Assembly (NCBI RefSeq): GCF_001194135.2
Contig: NC_068983.1
Span: forward strand, 154,908,693 to 154,972,692
Origin: Octopus bimaculoides
Taxonomy: Eukaryota
Length of the DNA stretch: 64,000 bases
Direction of reading: 5' to 3'
The notes below the pieces were generated by a model, which worked only from the letters and a program-made list of their open reading frames with translations, was not told the origin of the DNA and did no database searches. A program made the position numbers and the translations under genes. Positions 1 through 12,740 of the stretch are shown piece after piece. The first letter of the stretch is position 1; every line of letters starts with the position of its first letter.

Positions 1-263
1 AAGGAGTGCAATGATAGTAGCAGAGTGTTAATTGGTTGGGTGTCCTGACATTGACCTGTTGATGGTCGTAGTGATCTGCATTGTTTATAATGTTTGCGTA
101 GGTGTTATTCTAAACAGCAGTAGTAGTACTAAAGTAAGGGAGGAGGTGGTGGAAAGGAAGAAGAAGATGACGGATGGGGTGAAGAAGAGAAATAGTAATA
201 ATAAAATGCAGGATAGTGTGATAGTAACTAGTCGAGTAGGTAGTGATTGGGGTTGTTTTATAT

Positions 264-505
264 CATTTTAACGATGCGTCCTGCCCAACTCTTCGAAACG
301 CCGGTGTTAAAATGGGGGTAGCTGATGAAGGAAAATGTTCTCTACGTGGCTTGTGTGTTTTCTGTACTCTGGTTATTATTATTTTCTTGTCTACGTTTTG
401 TTTGCAATGTCCTGTACCCAGATATGCACCTATATTTACAGGTAGACGTAGGTATGCACATACCTGTACGTATATATGCATATACTCATTTATTATTTGT
501 TTTAT
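264..505. mobile_element. TA-microsatellite-associated repeat fragment (family H), class uncertain, possibly a Penelope-like terminus
   Basis: Shares GGTATGCACATACCTGTACGTATATATGCATATACTCATT with 10268-10330. Shares GCTGATGAAGGAA...TCCTGTACCC.GATATGCA with the minus strand of 26860-26970. Runs into (TA)n and a gap. Confidence 0.45.
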
Positions 506-2032
506 ATATATATATATATATACATACATGCATACATATATATATATATATATATATACATACATGCATACATNNNNNNNNNNNNNNNNNNNNNNNNNNN
601 NNNNNNNNNNNNNNNNNNNNNNNNNNNNNNNNNNNNNNNNNNNNNNNNNNNNNNNNNNNNNNNNNNNNNNNNNNNNNNNNNNNNNNNNNNNNNNNNNNNN
701 NNNNNNNNNNNNNNNNNNNNNNNNNNNNNNNNNNNNNNNNNNNNNNNNNNNNNNNNNNNNNNNNNNNNNNNNNNNNNNNNNNNNNNNNNNNNNNNNNNNN
801 NNNNNNNNNNNNNNNNNNNNNNNNNNNNNNNNNNNNNNNNNNNNNNNNNNNNNNNNNNNNNNNNNNNNNNNNNNNNNNNNNNNNNNNNNNNNNNNNNNNN
901 NNNNNNNNNNNNNNNNNNNNNNNNNNNNNNNNNNNNNNNNNNNNNNNNNNNNNNNNNNNNNNNNNNNNNNNNNNNNNNNNNNNNNNNNNNNNNNNNNNNN
1001 NNNNNNNNNNNNNNNNNNNNNNNNNNNNNNNNNNNNNNNNNNNNNNNNNNNNNNNNNNNNNNNNNNNNNNNNNNNNNNNNNNNNNNNNNNNNNNNNNNNN
1101 NNNNNNNNNNNNNNNNNNNNNNNNNNNNNNNNNNNNNNNNNNNNNNNNNNNNNNNNNNNNNNNNNNNNNNNNNNNNNNNNNNNNNNNNNNNNNNNNNNNN
1201 NNNNNNNNNNNNNNNNNNNNNNNNNNNNNNNNNNNNNNNNNNNNNNNNNNNNGGTCATCTGTGATCGAGCAAACCTTTCCTAATCAAAGTCATTCCAGCC
1301 ATATGATTAAAAAAATTTTTATATTAGTTTATTTAAAATTGCTTCAGTATGGATAGATATATTTTCTATTTTCTGAACTGTAAAGCGGTAATGCGTTAAA
1401 GATTTCGCTATTATTTTTAGCAGGTCGATTGACCATCTCACGTACCCCATTTAGCTCCAGTAATATGAGCAGTTGTAGTATCAACAAGAGAAGGTCGCCA
1501 GAATTGCTAGAATCAGAAATGCATACATTTCTGTATTCATATATATTCATATATAGACATATGTGTGTATGTGTATTCACACATATTCGTGTATAGATGG
1601 TACGTGTGTGTGTATTCACACATATATACATGTATGTATGTGTGTGTGTGCGTGTACATATTAAATACATGCATACAATCATAGAAATTTAGAAAATTTA
1701 CTCAGATAATGTTAACTCCGCGAAACAAGTATTTAGCTTTTGTCTTTTGAAATAAATATATCTTCGGTAATTTTTTTGTTATTTTATCGATTACAAATAT
1801 TAACAATGATTTACATTTGAGTGAATATTTAATTTCAACCTAGCAAAGTACATAACCAAAATGCAATATCTGTTGTATTACAAATGGATTTATTAGTAAA
1901 AGATGCTAATGTTGCTGATGGTTAAAAATTAACATCAGAAGAACGGTATTCTGTATGGTTCAAATCTGTCCGTAAAGCAATTTATTGCGATTAATTTTTT
2001 TGTAGAATTTTATAAGATTCTAGTCAGTACTG

Positions 2033-2410
2033 AGTGGAGGCGCAATGGCCCAGTAGTTAGGGCAGCGGACTCGCGGTTTCGATTCCCAGACCGGGCGTTG
2101 TGAGTGTTTATTGAGCGAAAACACCTAAAAGTTCCACGAGGCTCCGGCAGGGGATGGTGGCGAACCCTGCTGTATTCCTTCACCGCAACTTTCTCTCACT
2201 CTTACTTCCTGTTTCTGTCTGTTGTGCCTGTAATTCAAAGGGTCAGCCTTGTCACACTGTGTCACGCTGAATATCCCCGAGAACTACGTTAAGGGTACAC
2301 GTGTCTGTGGAGTGCTCAGCCACTTGCACGTTAATTTCACGAGCAGGCTGTTCCGGATCAACTGGAACCCTCGTCGTCGTAAGCGACGGAGTGCCAACAA
2401 CAACAACACT
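2033..2410 (+). mobile_element. tRNA-derived SINE, family A, near full length
   Basis: A-box TGGCCCAGTAGTTAGG, B-box-like GTTTCGATTCC, (CAA)n tail. 12 bp TSD TAGTCAGTACTG at 2021-2032 and 2411-2422. Paralogues at 4672, 30475 and 57518. Confidence 0.9.
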
Positions 2411-2449
2411 TAGTCAGTACTGTATTTTCTGTTTTAATATGAGATGTGG

Positions 2450-2655
2450 AAGGTGGCGAGCTGGCAAAATCATTAGCGCGCCGGACTAAATGCTTGGCGG
2501 CATTTTTTCTGCTTTTACGTTTTGAGTTCAAATTCTGCCGAAGTTGACTTTGCCATTGATTTTATTTCGATAAAACGAATGTGCCAGTCAAATTCTGGGG
2601 TCGATATAATCGACTTATCCCTTCCCATACAATTTGTGGTCTTGTGCCAAAATTT
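2450..2655 (+). mobile_element. SINE, family B (AAGGCGGCGAGCTGGCAGAA head), diverged
   Basis: AAGGTGGCGAGCTGGCAAAATC head and GAGTTCAAATTC B-box; more than 15 copies in the window. Confidence 0.75.
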
Positions 2656-3444
2656 TAGAGATGCTGCAATCTTTTGGCTTCTTAAATAATGAATTGAATG
2701 GTTGGAGCCATAATGTTGTTCTTTTTAAACTGATCGTATCACGGCCGAAAGACACCTGAATGAAGCAGACATTTTACTCTTAGATTATTATGGGGTGAGG
2801 ATGAGACTGTTACTCACCATTTTTTTTTTTTCTAGAAAAAAAATTGCACCAGGAAGCATTATGATAAATGATGTACGTTTGGTATCTAAAGCAACGTGTC
2901 TAAGTTTCGAAGAGTTAATTATATTTTGAATAAGGTCAACATCATTCTCTGAATGTTATGGGCCAATTAACTAATGTTCACAGCAACGTGAGTGAAAACA
3001 CTTGAAAATAAATTGTAAACTTGTTTCAAAATATGTGTGGCGTCGCAAGCAACTACTTTACCAAGTCACTTGGATTGAATTTATGAGGCGTGAAATTCAG
3101 AAATACGATATTGGGATCAGTTCATGTAACCATATTTCTATTTGGTTTCCTTTGAACCGAATAAACAAACATTTATTTTATTATATTGTGTGTATAAAGA
3201 ATTTGTTCCTATTTAATATTTCTTCCCTATCAAGCAATCGCTTGTTTTCAGTCTATAAAGTCCGATTGACGAGGGATTTTATTCTACCATTTTTTTTATT
3301 ACCTCTCCCTGGTTTTTCTCGGTACATGAGTACCCGAATATAGCACCTAAATATGATGAGGGTGTTAATGCAGAAAGTTTTTTTTCTAAACGAAATCGGA
3401 ACCACTGTAAGAAAAAATCATTAAGGACCAGTGAAATACTAGAT

Positions 3445-3773
3445 CAAGGGTTCTCAGCCATTTTTTAATCTATAGACCCCTTTGATTGTTATTATATTCT
3501 GGTAGACGTTCCTCCCCCCATAGCCATTCGATGATTAAAAAGAAAGTTTTATAGAAACTTCTTTCAAAATTCCTATTTTGTTTTTCACACATTCACTTGT
3601 GTAGGTTGAACTATGTAAAATGTTAGAGAAAGAAACCTAAAGTAAATTTTGTTCATGAACTTTTAAAATACTGTTGTAGATATCCAGTTTACTATTTACT
3701 ATTTTGTTACGTAAACCCCTAAAATCTTATATGACTCGCAAGGGCCATATGGACCCCCAGTTGAGAACCACTG
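3445..3773. mobile_element. hAT (Charlie-like) MITE
   Basis: TIRs CAAGGGTTCTCAGCC / AGTTGAGAACCACTG resemble CAGTGGTTCTCAAC-type hAT ends. Internal sequence is similar to 30385-31006 and 37379-38031. Confidence 0.7.
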
Positions 3774-3794
3774 AAGCATCGGACTTCTATGCAG

Positions 3795-4112
3795 TATACA
3801 CTTCTTTATTTTATGAAATTTGCCACAAGGGCAGTACAAAGATAGAAGGTTGTGGGCTGGACGTAGACAAAATGAGATGAAATGATATCAGAGCCCCCAA
3901 GCAAGCTGATTTGCCGCTTGCAGACAACTCTGCACCGACAGGTCGGGGCCCGTGAAGAGGAAAGTGAATTCCCTCCTGTCAAAGATCTCTATGACCCTTG
4001 CCAAAACCTTATGTTCCACCACCTTCGCAGCCACCTGCGGAGGCCATATTGGACTGCCTGTGCATTCCGAGTACCTTACGGTCTCGGTCGCCCTGCTTTC
4101 AGTGCACTTCGA
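3795..4112 (-). mobile_element. Possible 5'-truncated LINE (L1/Tx1-like) 3' end
   Basis: GC-rich unique segment ending on the minus strand in a pyrimidine-rich tract then AATAAAGAA. No convincing protein motif. Confidence 0.3.
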
Positions 4113-4390
4113 GTAAAGGGTAAAGACCATGAGATTGCACCCAGAAAGTTCCCCTCTGAGGCACAAGTCCGAGCAAGGTTGTTTATGGAAGACCAGCAGT
4201 CGCCCGTGCATACCATCCTCCCCCCTCCACGCTACCGATACAGCTTAGCACCAGTGACGTTGCAACTTATTTCTACAGCTGAGTGAACTGGAGCAACGTG
4301 AAATAAAGTGTCAGTCCGATCTGGGAATCCAACTCACTACCTCGTGATTGTGAGCCCGACGCTCTAACCATTGAGCCATGCGCCTTCACA
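4113..4390 (-). mobile_element. tRNA-headed SINE (GTGAAGGCGCATGGCTCAATGGTTAG head)
   Basis: Minus-strand A-box TGGCTCAATGGTTAG, B-box-like GAGTTGGATTCCC, CORE-like ACTTTATTTCACGTTGCTCCAGTTCACTCAGCTG, short TTTACCC tail. Confidence 0.7.
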
Positions 4391-4671
4391 TTATATTATG
4401 ATTAAGTCCACTGTATTCTAACCCTTGAAAATTCCTGCTCTTGCTCCATTTTGATAATTAAACATTGCCTTTGTATCATCAGCACCATTTTATATACATA
4501 CTTCTATTTCGTCGAGTGGTATATCCCAAGTTATAGCATGTAACCAGTCAGAAAGTTACTACTGGTTTCGCGTCTGCTACTGAATATGGCAAATATAGAC
4601 GACTCATCAAACATACCAGCCTCAAGCATATTGCCTCATTAATGCTGGCAAAAAATCTAGAATCCAGTTAT

Positions 4672-5039
4672 GTTGTTGGCACTCCGTCGCTTACGACTTC
4701 GAGGGTTCCAGTTGATCAACGGAACAGCCTGCTCGTGAAATTAACGTGCAAGTGGCTGAGAACTCCACAGACACATGTACCCTTAATGTAGTTCTCGGGG
4801 ATATTCAGCGTGACACAGTGTGACAAGGCTGACCCTTTGAATTACAGGCACAACAGACAGAAACAGGAAGTAAGAGTGAGAGAAAGCTGTGGTGGAAGAG
4901 TACAGCCGGGTTCGCCACCATCCCCTGCCGGAGCCTGGTGGAGCTTTAGGTGTTTTCGCTCAATTAAACACTCACAACGACCGGTCTGGGAATTGAAACC
5001 GCGAGTCCGCTGTCCTAACCACTGGGCCATTGCGTCTCC
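4672..5039 (-). mobile_element. tRNA-derived SINE, family A, full length
   Basis: Reverse complement of 2033-2410. TSD AGAATC(C/T)AGTTAT at 4659-4671 and 5040-5052. Confidence 0.9.
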
Positions 5040-7277
5040 AGAATCTAGTTATATGCCATAACCAAAGATATACGGCAATCTTTCGGTAGAAGTCTATGAC
5101 GGCGAAATTTGAACTCCGAATGTAAAGACGCCAAGGCTTTCATATTTCAGACTCTCACCTTGATAATCATTGTCGTAAGAAAAACCACCCGTAAACCCTT
5201 TTAATGCTGTTCATAGGCTGGACCTGATTACACACGCTATTTATTACAACACATTCTCAGCGAAGCGCCAATGATTATTGCTGTCTACACGCTCTCATAT
5301 TTATTTACACTCGCACACATACCTGTGTGTATGTATATGTGTTTATACACTTCTTTTTTTTTACATGTACGTTCTGTATGTTTGTGTGTTTATATCTACA
5401 CACACACACGCACCCATACAAACTCATTAACTTCTAGTAATAATGGTCTCTTAATTTATATTATGAGAATGTGGACTGGAATGAGAATTTGTAAGTGTTT
5501 AATGCTTAACAGAGGGCATTTAAGTGCAGTAAATGAAAAGTATCACGTTATTTATAAGTGGTTTATGGTCTTAATAATAATGTTGGTAATAGTAGACTAG
5601 AAGGCTTCTTATTTCTTAGCTCACCCACCTGCTTCTACTCTTAAACTACGTTTTTGTAATTTAGTTACTTTTTAAATTAATAATTCAGTACGAGAGTGTA
5701 GAGGATTAGCAGAAACTATAATGTCAGATAAAATATTCCCCCTTATTTTAATCCCTTTACGTTCGGAATTGAATCTCACTAAGATCGACTGGTGTATCTT
5801 GCATCCCTCTGGGGTTAATATAAATTAATTACCAGTCAAATACTGGAGGCTGATTTAAGGCCTTATACCTATTTTGAATCGAACATTAAAAGTTAGATTA
5901 CTGGATAAGGTACTTAGTTCGCTGCTTGTCAGTCTATTTCATTTCTTTCTCAACTAAGTGTGTATATTTTTCAATTCCACGTTATTAAAAATGATAGCAG
6001 TAAACTCATTTTTAGTTCGATGAATTGGTGTTAGTTTTTATAAAACAGAATCAGTGTAGCCGTTTAGCGGCATACCGTGTGTGCCTTCGCCGATTTGATT
6101 TCCTTGTAACTTTCTGAAAAATAGACATTTATTAATGAAATTTTCTACAAATACCTTTCGAATGGTGTAGATAACGATTATATTGAAATTTAATGTTGAA
6201 AAAAAAAAAAAAAAAATTATAAGTGAGCATGTACATACTAACACACATCACATTAAAAAAAAATTCAATTCATAGCTTGAACTATCAGTATGCACGTGCG
6301 CACGCTACCCGCCCCCACTTTTTTTCCCGACATTAAATTCTGATATAATCGTATTCCACATCAGCTGTAAGATATTTGTTGGAAATGTCATTTAAAAACT
6401 ATCTCATTTTTCTGAAAGTTATGTCAGAAGTGAGGGCACATTTGTGTAGTTATGCCCACTTTGCTGTGCATGGAAATTAATATATATAATACAAAATAAT
6501 TATTATTAAATTACAAGCGCGTTAATTGCTTTCTGTTGTAATGTTATACTGTACTATAGTATATATCAGTAATTTTTTTAGTCAACTGCCACGAATGCCT
6601 TGTATTTGCAAATCGATCTATCCAGTTAGAGTCTCTATAAACTGTTAAAAACGGGTAGTCAACCGCAAATAAAATCTCAACCGGAAAGAGAAGCATGTAC
6701 ATGCAATGTGCATGTGCACACTGAATTCGTAAATCGAAAAAGAAGACTGAAAATACCATGTCAGAATAAAATGGAAGAGAAGAACAAAACAAATTATATG
6801 ATGGTCTGCATGTCACATCTGATACCACTATCACACAGCTTTTGCTGCGATTTTCTTGTTTTGAGGCCTCTTTCTCAGACTTTGAAAATATCTGCCGTTA
6901 ATTCTTCTTCTTTGTCATCATTGCTGTTGTCCATTTTTTTTGCCATGGTGTCATGTGTTTAATGAGTTTCCTAGTGCCTCTTACACCACCATAATGAAGA
7001 TTGTCTACGACAGAACTAAAGAATTCCTTCTGCCATGTAGTAGTTTTTCTTTTAATCATATTTCATGCAATATATAGTTATGAGCTACTAATAGTTTCAT
7101 GCATTGGAGATGTTGTCTGGGAAGGTTTTAATAATTTGCCTAGACAACATCTCCAATGTATGAAACTATTAATAGCTCATAGCTTTATATTGTGTACTTT
7201 AAACAATATTTATCTCACACCAGATGAAGTACTTCTGTTGTTGATCTTGCCTTAATGGAAAAGTAAACTATATATAT

Positions 7278-7326
<49 letters not shown>

Positions 7327-7689
7327 NNNNNNNNNNNNNNNNNNNNNNNNNNNNNNNNNNNNNNNNNNNNNNNNNNNNNNNNNNNNNNNNNNNNNNNNNN
7401 NNNNNNNNNNNNNNNNNNNNNNNNNNNNNNNNNNNNNNNNNNNNNNNNNNNNNNNNNNNNNNNNNNNNNNNNNNNNNNNNNNNNNNNNNNNNNNNNNNNN
7501 NNNNNNNNNNNNNNNNNNNNNNNNNNNNNNNNNNNNNNNNNNNNNNNNNNNNNNNNNNNNNNNNNNNNNNNNNNNNNNNNNNNNNNNNNNNNNNNNNNNN
7601 NNNNNNNNNNNNNNNNNNNNNNNNNNNNNNNNNNNNNNNNNNNNNNNNNNNNNNNNNNNNNNNNNNNNNNNNNNNNNNNNNNNNNNNNN

Positions 7690-7741
<52 letters not shown>

Positions 7742-7759
7742 TACAAACCATAGGGGCCT

Positions 7760-7942
7760 CAATGTGGATCATTGACTTGCCAGAAACAACTATGAAGTCT
7801 CTCCCAAATCACTGCCCACCCCCACGCACACACCCAGCTTATAAAAAGATACAGTCTTGGTTACCTTGCAACTAAGTTAAAACTAGATGGTCATAGTCGG
7901 AATGCCTTTGATTGTACTGATCTAAGGCTAAACAACAACACC
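7760..7942 (+). mobile_element. Family E SINE-like repeat 3' part ((AAC)n tail), diverged
   Basis: GATGGTCAT.G..GGAATGCCTTTGAT...GGCTAAACAACAAC motif. Similar decayed copies near 9450-9630, 14085-14275, 39500-39690 and 44740-44900. Confidence 0.5.
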
Positions 7943-8927
7943 ATTTTTCCACATTGCCTGCTTGGTGAATAAAGCTATCCACGTAGGCACGCATGTCAAA
8001 CAAACCATGTTATTTCTTATTCTTCTCACATAGCAACAGCAACAAAATGCTTTTGAATATTAAGTATAGCTCTAGCTATACACTTTCTCACCATGTTATT
8101 TTCTGAACTTTTGCCAAGATATTAGTTTCTGTGTATGTGTGTGTTCACTCATCCTCCTCACAAATGTGTGTTTATATAATAATACGTGTGCATGTGTGTG
8201 TATACTTACACGAATAAAACACGAAAGAAACAAACAATTTCTGCAGAATTAGCAGGCCATGAAATAGCACTTCCAGCATCTGGGGTATCTCAAGGGTGGC
8301 GATTTGAAGGGAAGCAAAAACATAAACCTCCCCTGCTGGAATGTCACCAGGGTTGTTTCTACACTATTCAACTGTATTTACAATACTTCTCCCTTTCTTA
8401 ACATCTACTGTGTATCTAGATAGGTGAAAAATAAATGGATTTACAAACTGCAATTTGGTAGACTAGCTGCTTTCTATAACTACATCTGTTTTCACTTCAT
8501 TATATCTTTATACACACACACACACACTTATATATATGTTGTTTTTTGTACATCTTTCTGTTCTTTCATCTTCTCATTCCTTCTCTCTAGTTACCTGAAA
8601 GTTTTTCCTTTACCGTTTTCTTCACTCTTTAACTCTGGTGTTCCGTCTTTTATATGCAGTCCACTTCTGTCTTTATGCTGTTTACTTTGTCTGTTGTTGA
8701 CTATGTCCTGTCTTGTTTACATATTCACAATGTTTACTTTGTCTCACGTTTTTCAGTATGACTTATATAACCTTCCTTTAACTTGCTTTCATTTTTTTTT
8801 TTGTTTTTTTTTCCAGACTTTCTAGTTTTATTTTATTTTTTCATAAACTTTTGGTTAGAAAAGAAGAGAATTGGCGAGAAAGATAACATAAAATGGGTTA
8901 TCTATGCATGGGTTATGAGTTCAAAAT

Positions 8928-9096
8928 CAGTGGTGTATCTAGTGTGTATGCCACCCAGGGCAGCTTACCACCCTGCACCCTGTCCCTGTCCCTCAGCTTA
9001 TAACGGCTTAAACAGCATATCCAAAAGCTCCACTCCCATAAAAGTGAGGCCTGGGGCAAACTTCCACCCTCTCCTCACCCACCAGCTACACTACTG
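8928..9096. mobile_element. Small hAT-like MITE
   Basis: TIR CAGTGGTGTATCT vs AGCTACACTACTG; 8 bp flanks TTCAAAAT / TTCAAAGA (6/8 match). Confidence 0.6.
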
Positions 9097-9772
9097 TTCA
9101 AAGATGCTTGTTTTTTGTTAGGTAACTAAGCAAAAACAAAAATTACATTCCTTCATCTCATCGAGTTCTCAGAATATAGATACCAGATCACCTGGGAATG
9201 CATATCCTGAGTGTGTATAGACGATTTGTCTTTCTTGTCTTGTCTGCTCCCTGCTATATTCAATGGAATTACGCAATGATTCCCCTGGGATGGTGGGGGG
9301 AAAAGCTTAAAATACATTTATGTTTTTTTTTCCCCTCTCTTGCTGTTACTAGAATATGGAACTGATACTACAGTTTGACTCAAGCCCTTGACTACTAAAC
9401 GATTCCAAAATTTATATCTGACGGTCATGGCATTCTGTGAGTCATTGAGAGAACCTGTCCGTGGTTACATGATGTAGTAGAAGTAACAACCAAATTGCCC
9501 TCAAAATCACACCCTTTCAGGTTGGAGAAGAAAAGGACACATTGGATAATATATATATATATTTCTCCTGTCAGAAATGTCTGTGATTATAGATGTGCTC
9601 ATTCAAAGCTGATCTTGGGCGAAACAACAACTATGTTGTTGGAATAACAGTTACGTGACTCAAGTCAACAAGGAGAAGTCTAGGGCCCCCTCGACCTAGT
9701 GCAATATTCAGCCTAATCCTGACATCTGGCCTCCCATCTTAGTGAAGGTAGGATATCTACGTATGTATGTGC

Positions 9773-9815
<43 letters not shown>

Positions 9816-9829
9816 TATATATATATATA

Positions 9830-10325
9830 TTAATCCTTTTCTTCCTTGGCTATTGCCGAGCAAACACGTGAACTTACTTCGTCCCCACTTTTAAGTTCGT
9901 GCCTCACAGGGTTCGTACACATAATTTTTCCCGTCTGGCCGTATAGCCTTTTCTGGTTGTTTTCCTGTCTTGTTTTTTGTCTGCCACNNNNNNNNNNNNN
10001 NNNNNNNNNNNNNNNNNNNNNNNNNNNNNNNNNNNNNNNNNNNNNNNNNNNNNNNNNNNNNNNNNNNNNNNNNNNNNNNNNNNNNNNNNNNNNNNNNNNN
10101 NNNNNNNNNNNNNNNNNNNNNNNNNNNNNNNNNNNNNNNNNNNNNNNNNNNNNNNNNNNNNNNNNNNNNNNNNNNNNNNNNNNNNNNNNNNNNNNNNNNN
10201 NNNNNNNNNNNNNNNNNNNNNNNNNNNNNNNNNNNNNNNNNNNNNNNNNNNNNNNNNNNNNNNNNNNTCGGTATGCACATACCTGTACGTATATATGCAT
10301 ATACTCATTTCTCATTTACTATTTG

Positions 10326-10330
<5 letters not shown>
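9830..10330. mobile_element. Family H element between (TA)n tracts, interrupted by an assembly gap
   Basis: CpG-rich unique segment 9830-9987; 10268-10330 is nearly identical to 441-505. Confidence 0.45.
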
Positions 10331-10399
<69 letters not shown>

Positions 10400-10984
10400 G
10401 AGAGAGAGAGAGATGTTTGTGTGTGTGCGTGTGTGTGTGTGTGTGTGTGTATACATATAAACACATATATAAATGAATATATGAAATAAAAATAAATGAA
10501 TCAAAATGAAAGAAAAATATTTGGCAAGAATATTTTAACCGGACAATAATTGAATTGGCACAGCAGTTTATCTCAAATGTGCATATGGGTGAATGAGTGT
10601 GTGTGTGAGAGAGTGAGTGAGAGAGAGAGAGAGAATAAAAGATTATTGAGAAGGGTGAAGACAGAGAGGTGAAAAAACAATGTATATCAAGCATAGTAAT
10701 GCTAATAGTGGTGATGATGAGATGGCCATGATGATGATGGTATTGATAACGATGATGATGAGGATGACGGCCATGTGGTGGCGATGGTGATGAATGTCTG
10801 CAAGCTTTCGAATTTTACTTCCTATGCTTGTACTTCTTCACACCGCCATTTATTCCGCTAAACTTATCTACCAATGTTACCCATCATCATCATCATCGTC
10901 ATCATTTCTCTTAACATACTCCATCAATTTCAAATGCTGCTGGGGTTAAATTGTGGGGACAATTTGGATATAGTTATGGATGAT

Positions 10985-11025
<41 letters not shown>

Positions 11026-11660
11026 CCTCCTTCCCTCCCTCCTTGGGAATGGCTTGGTTTTCGCATTTTTCTTTCTCCTCACATTTCCTCCACATCTATT
11101 ATTATTGTTATAATATGCTAACCAGGCATTTTAGAGATTATTATTATTATTATTATTATTATTAATAATAATAATGGTGAGTGATGGCAGGATCAGCAGA
11201 GAATTAAACAAAATACCTTTTGGTATTTTGTTATGTCTTTGAGATCAAGTTCTGATTAGCTTGACTTTGGCTTCCATTCTCCTGTGGCAAGTTGGCTTTC
11301 ATTCTCCTGTAGCGGGTGTTAATAAAATAGGTTCCTACTTTCCCAGAATCATACTCTTGGGCCAGTGACAGAAATTCTTATTTGTTTCTTATTATATTCT
11401 TTTCATTCATTGGCTTTTAGCCATACAGTCACACACTGCCTTAAAGGGATTTTGTTGATCATAGAGATCCCAGCACCTATTCAAGCATGGTAATTACTTT
11501 ATCAATTCTTCACATAGACATATTGTATATTCAGACACAACGAGCTTTCATATAAATTTCTGCCTACCAAATTCCACTCTAAAGATACTGCCGAACCTCA
11601 GCCAATGTCAAAGACTTTCCATAAATGCCACAAAGTGGAACTGAGCTACTTAACCACACA

Positions 11661-11705
<45 letters not shown>

Positions 11706-11728
11706 AACTACTACTATTGATAATATCC

Positions 11729-11932
11729 AGGCGGAGAGCTGGCAAAATCGTTAGCATGCTGGACAAAGTGCTTAGTGGCATTTTGTCTATCTTTATTTCT
11801 GAGTTCGAATCCTGCCAAAGTCAACTTTTCTTTCATCCTTTTAGGGGTCAGTAAAATAAGTACCAGTCAAGCACTGGGTTTGATGTAGTTGGCTAGCCCA
11901 TGCCCTGAAAATTTTAGGCCTTATACCTATAG
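11729..11932 (+). mobile_element. SINE family B
   Basis: AGGCGGAGAGCTGGCAAAATCGTTAGC head; follows a (TAC)n tract. Confidence 0.8.
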
Positions 11933-11950
11933 TATATTTTACTTGTTTTA

Positions 11951-12163
11951 AGGCGTCGAGCTGGCAGAAACATTAGCACACTGGGTGAAATGCTTAGCAG
12001 TATTTCATCTGTCTTTACATTCTGAGTTCAAATTCCGCTGAGGTCGACTTTGCCTTTCATCCTTTCAGGGTCAATAAAATAAGTACCAGTTGCGTACCGG
12101 GGTCGATCTAATTGACTGGCCCTTCCCCAAAAAATTTCAGGCCTTATGCCAAGAGTAGAAAGG
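11951..12163 (+). mobile_element. SINE family B, well preserved
   Basis: AAGGCGTCGAGCTGGCAGAAAC...GAGTTCAAATTCCGCTGAGGTCGAC...GAGTAGAAAGG. Confidence 0.9.
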
Positions 12164-12174
12164 TATATTCTACT

Positions 12175-12373
12175 TGTTTCAGTCATTAGCCTGTGGCCAT
12201 GCTACGGCACTGCCTTGAAGAATTTTAGTTGAATGAATTTACCCCAGTATGTATTTTTTTTAAAGCCTAATACTTACCTTATTGGTCTCATTTGCTGAAC
12301 TGATAAGTTATGGGGATGTAAACACACTGGTTGTCAAGCATTGGTGAAGGACACACACACACATACACACACG

Positions 12374-12427
<54 letters not shown>

Positions 12428-12560
12428 CACACACACAGCAGGTTTCTTTCAGTTTCTGTGTATCTAATCCACTGATTAGGATTTGGTCAGCTTGATGGTA
12501 TAGTAGAATTGAACCTGGAACTATGTAATTGGGAAGCAAACCTCTTACTACGCTGCCATA
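12175..12560 (-). mobile_element. SINE family C (internal microsatellite type), diverged
   Basis: Minus-strand body with (CA)n core and CTTGTTTCAGTCATT tail motif. Confidence 0.7.
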
Positions 12561-12564
12561 CCTA

Positions 12565-12740
12565 GGGCTGGCAGAATCACTACTGCACTAAACCTGATGC
12601 TTCACAGTATTTCTTCTGGCTCTTTATATTCTGAGTTCAAATTCTGCCATTTTCAACTTGGTCTTTAATCCTTTCAGGGTTGATAAGTTTAATACCAGTT
12701 GAACACCAGGTTCGATGTAATTGACCTACCCTCTTCTCTA
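12565..12740 (+). mobile_element. SINE family B, diverged
   Basis: GCTGGCAGAATC...TTCTGAGTTCAAATTCTGCC...CCTTTCAGGG. Confidence 0.65.

Noticed and set aside
264-340. CGAAAC ... CTGATGAAG as a hammerhead ribozyme
   Set aside because: Motif order would need a type II topology, and I could not build stems I and II or a valid NUH site. The same applies to the lone CTGATGAAGG at ~26945.
243-1356. Long ORFs of 260-346 aa, and similar ones at 7.2-7.8, 9.8-10.5, 15.1-15.6, 51.6-52.7, 56.8-57.6 and 58.6-59.3 kb
   Set aside because: They run through N gaps and (TA)n/(CA)n tracts (X, YI and HT/CV runs); not coding.
2036-2100. tRNA-like sequences at the heads of families A, B and C
   Set aside because: A/B boxes are present but there is no complete cloverleaf or acceptor stem, and each continues into a SINE body with tail and TSD.
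3882-4286. 134 aa and 107 aa overlapping ORFs as a gene
   Set aside because: They span a SINE/LINE-like junction; no recognisable domain or splice support.
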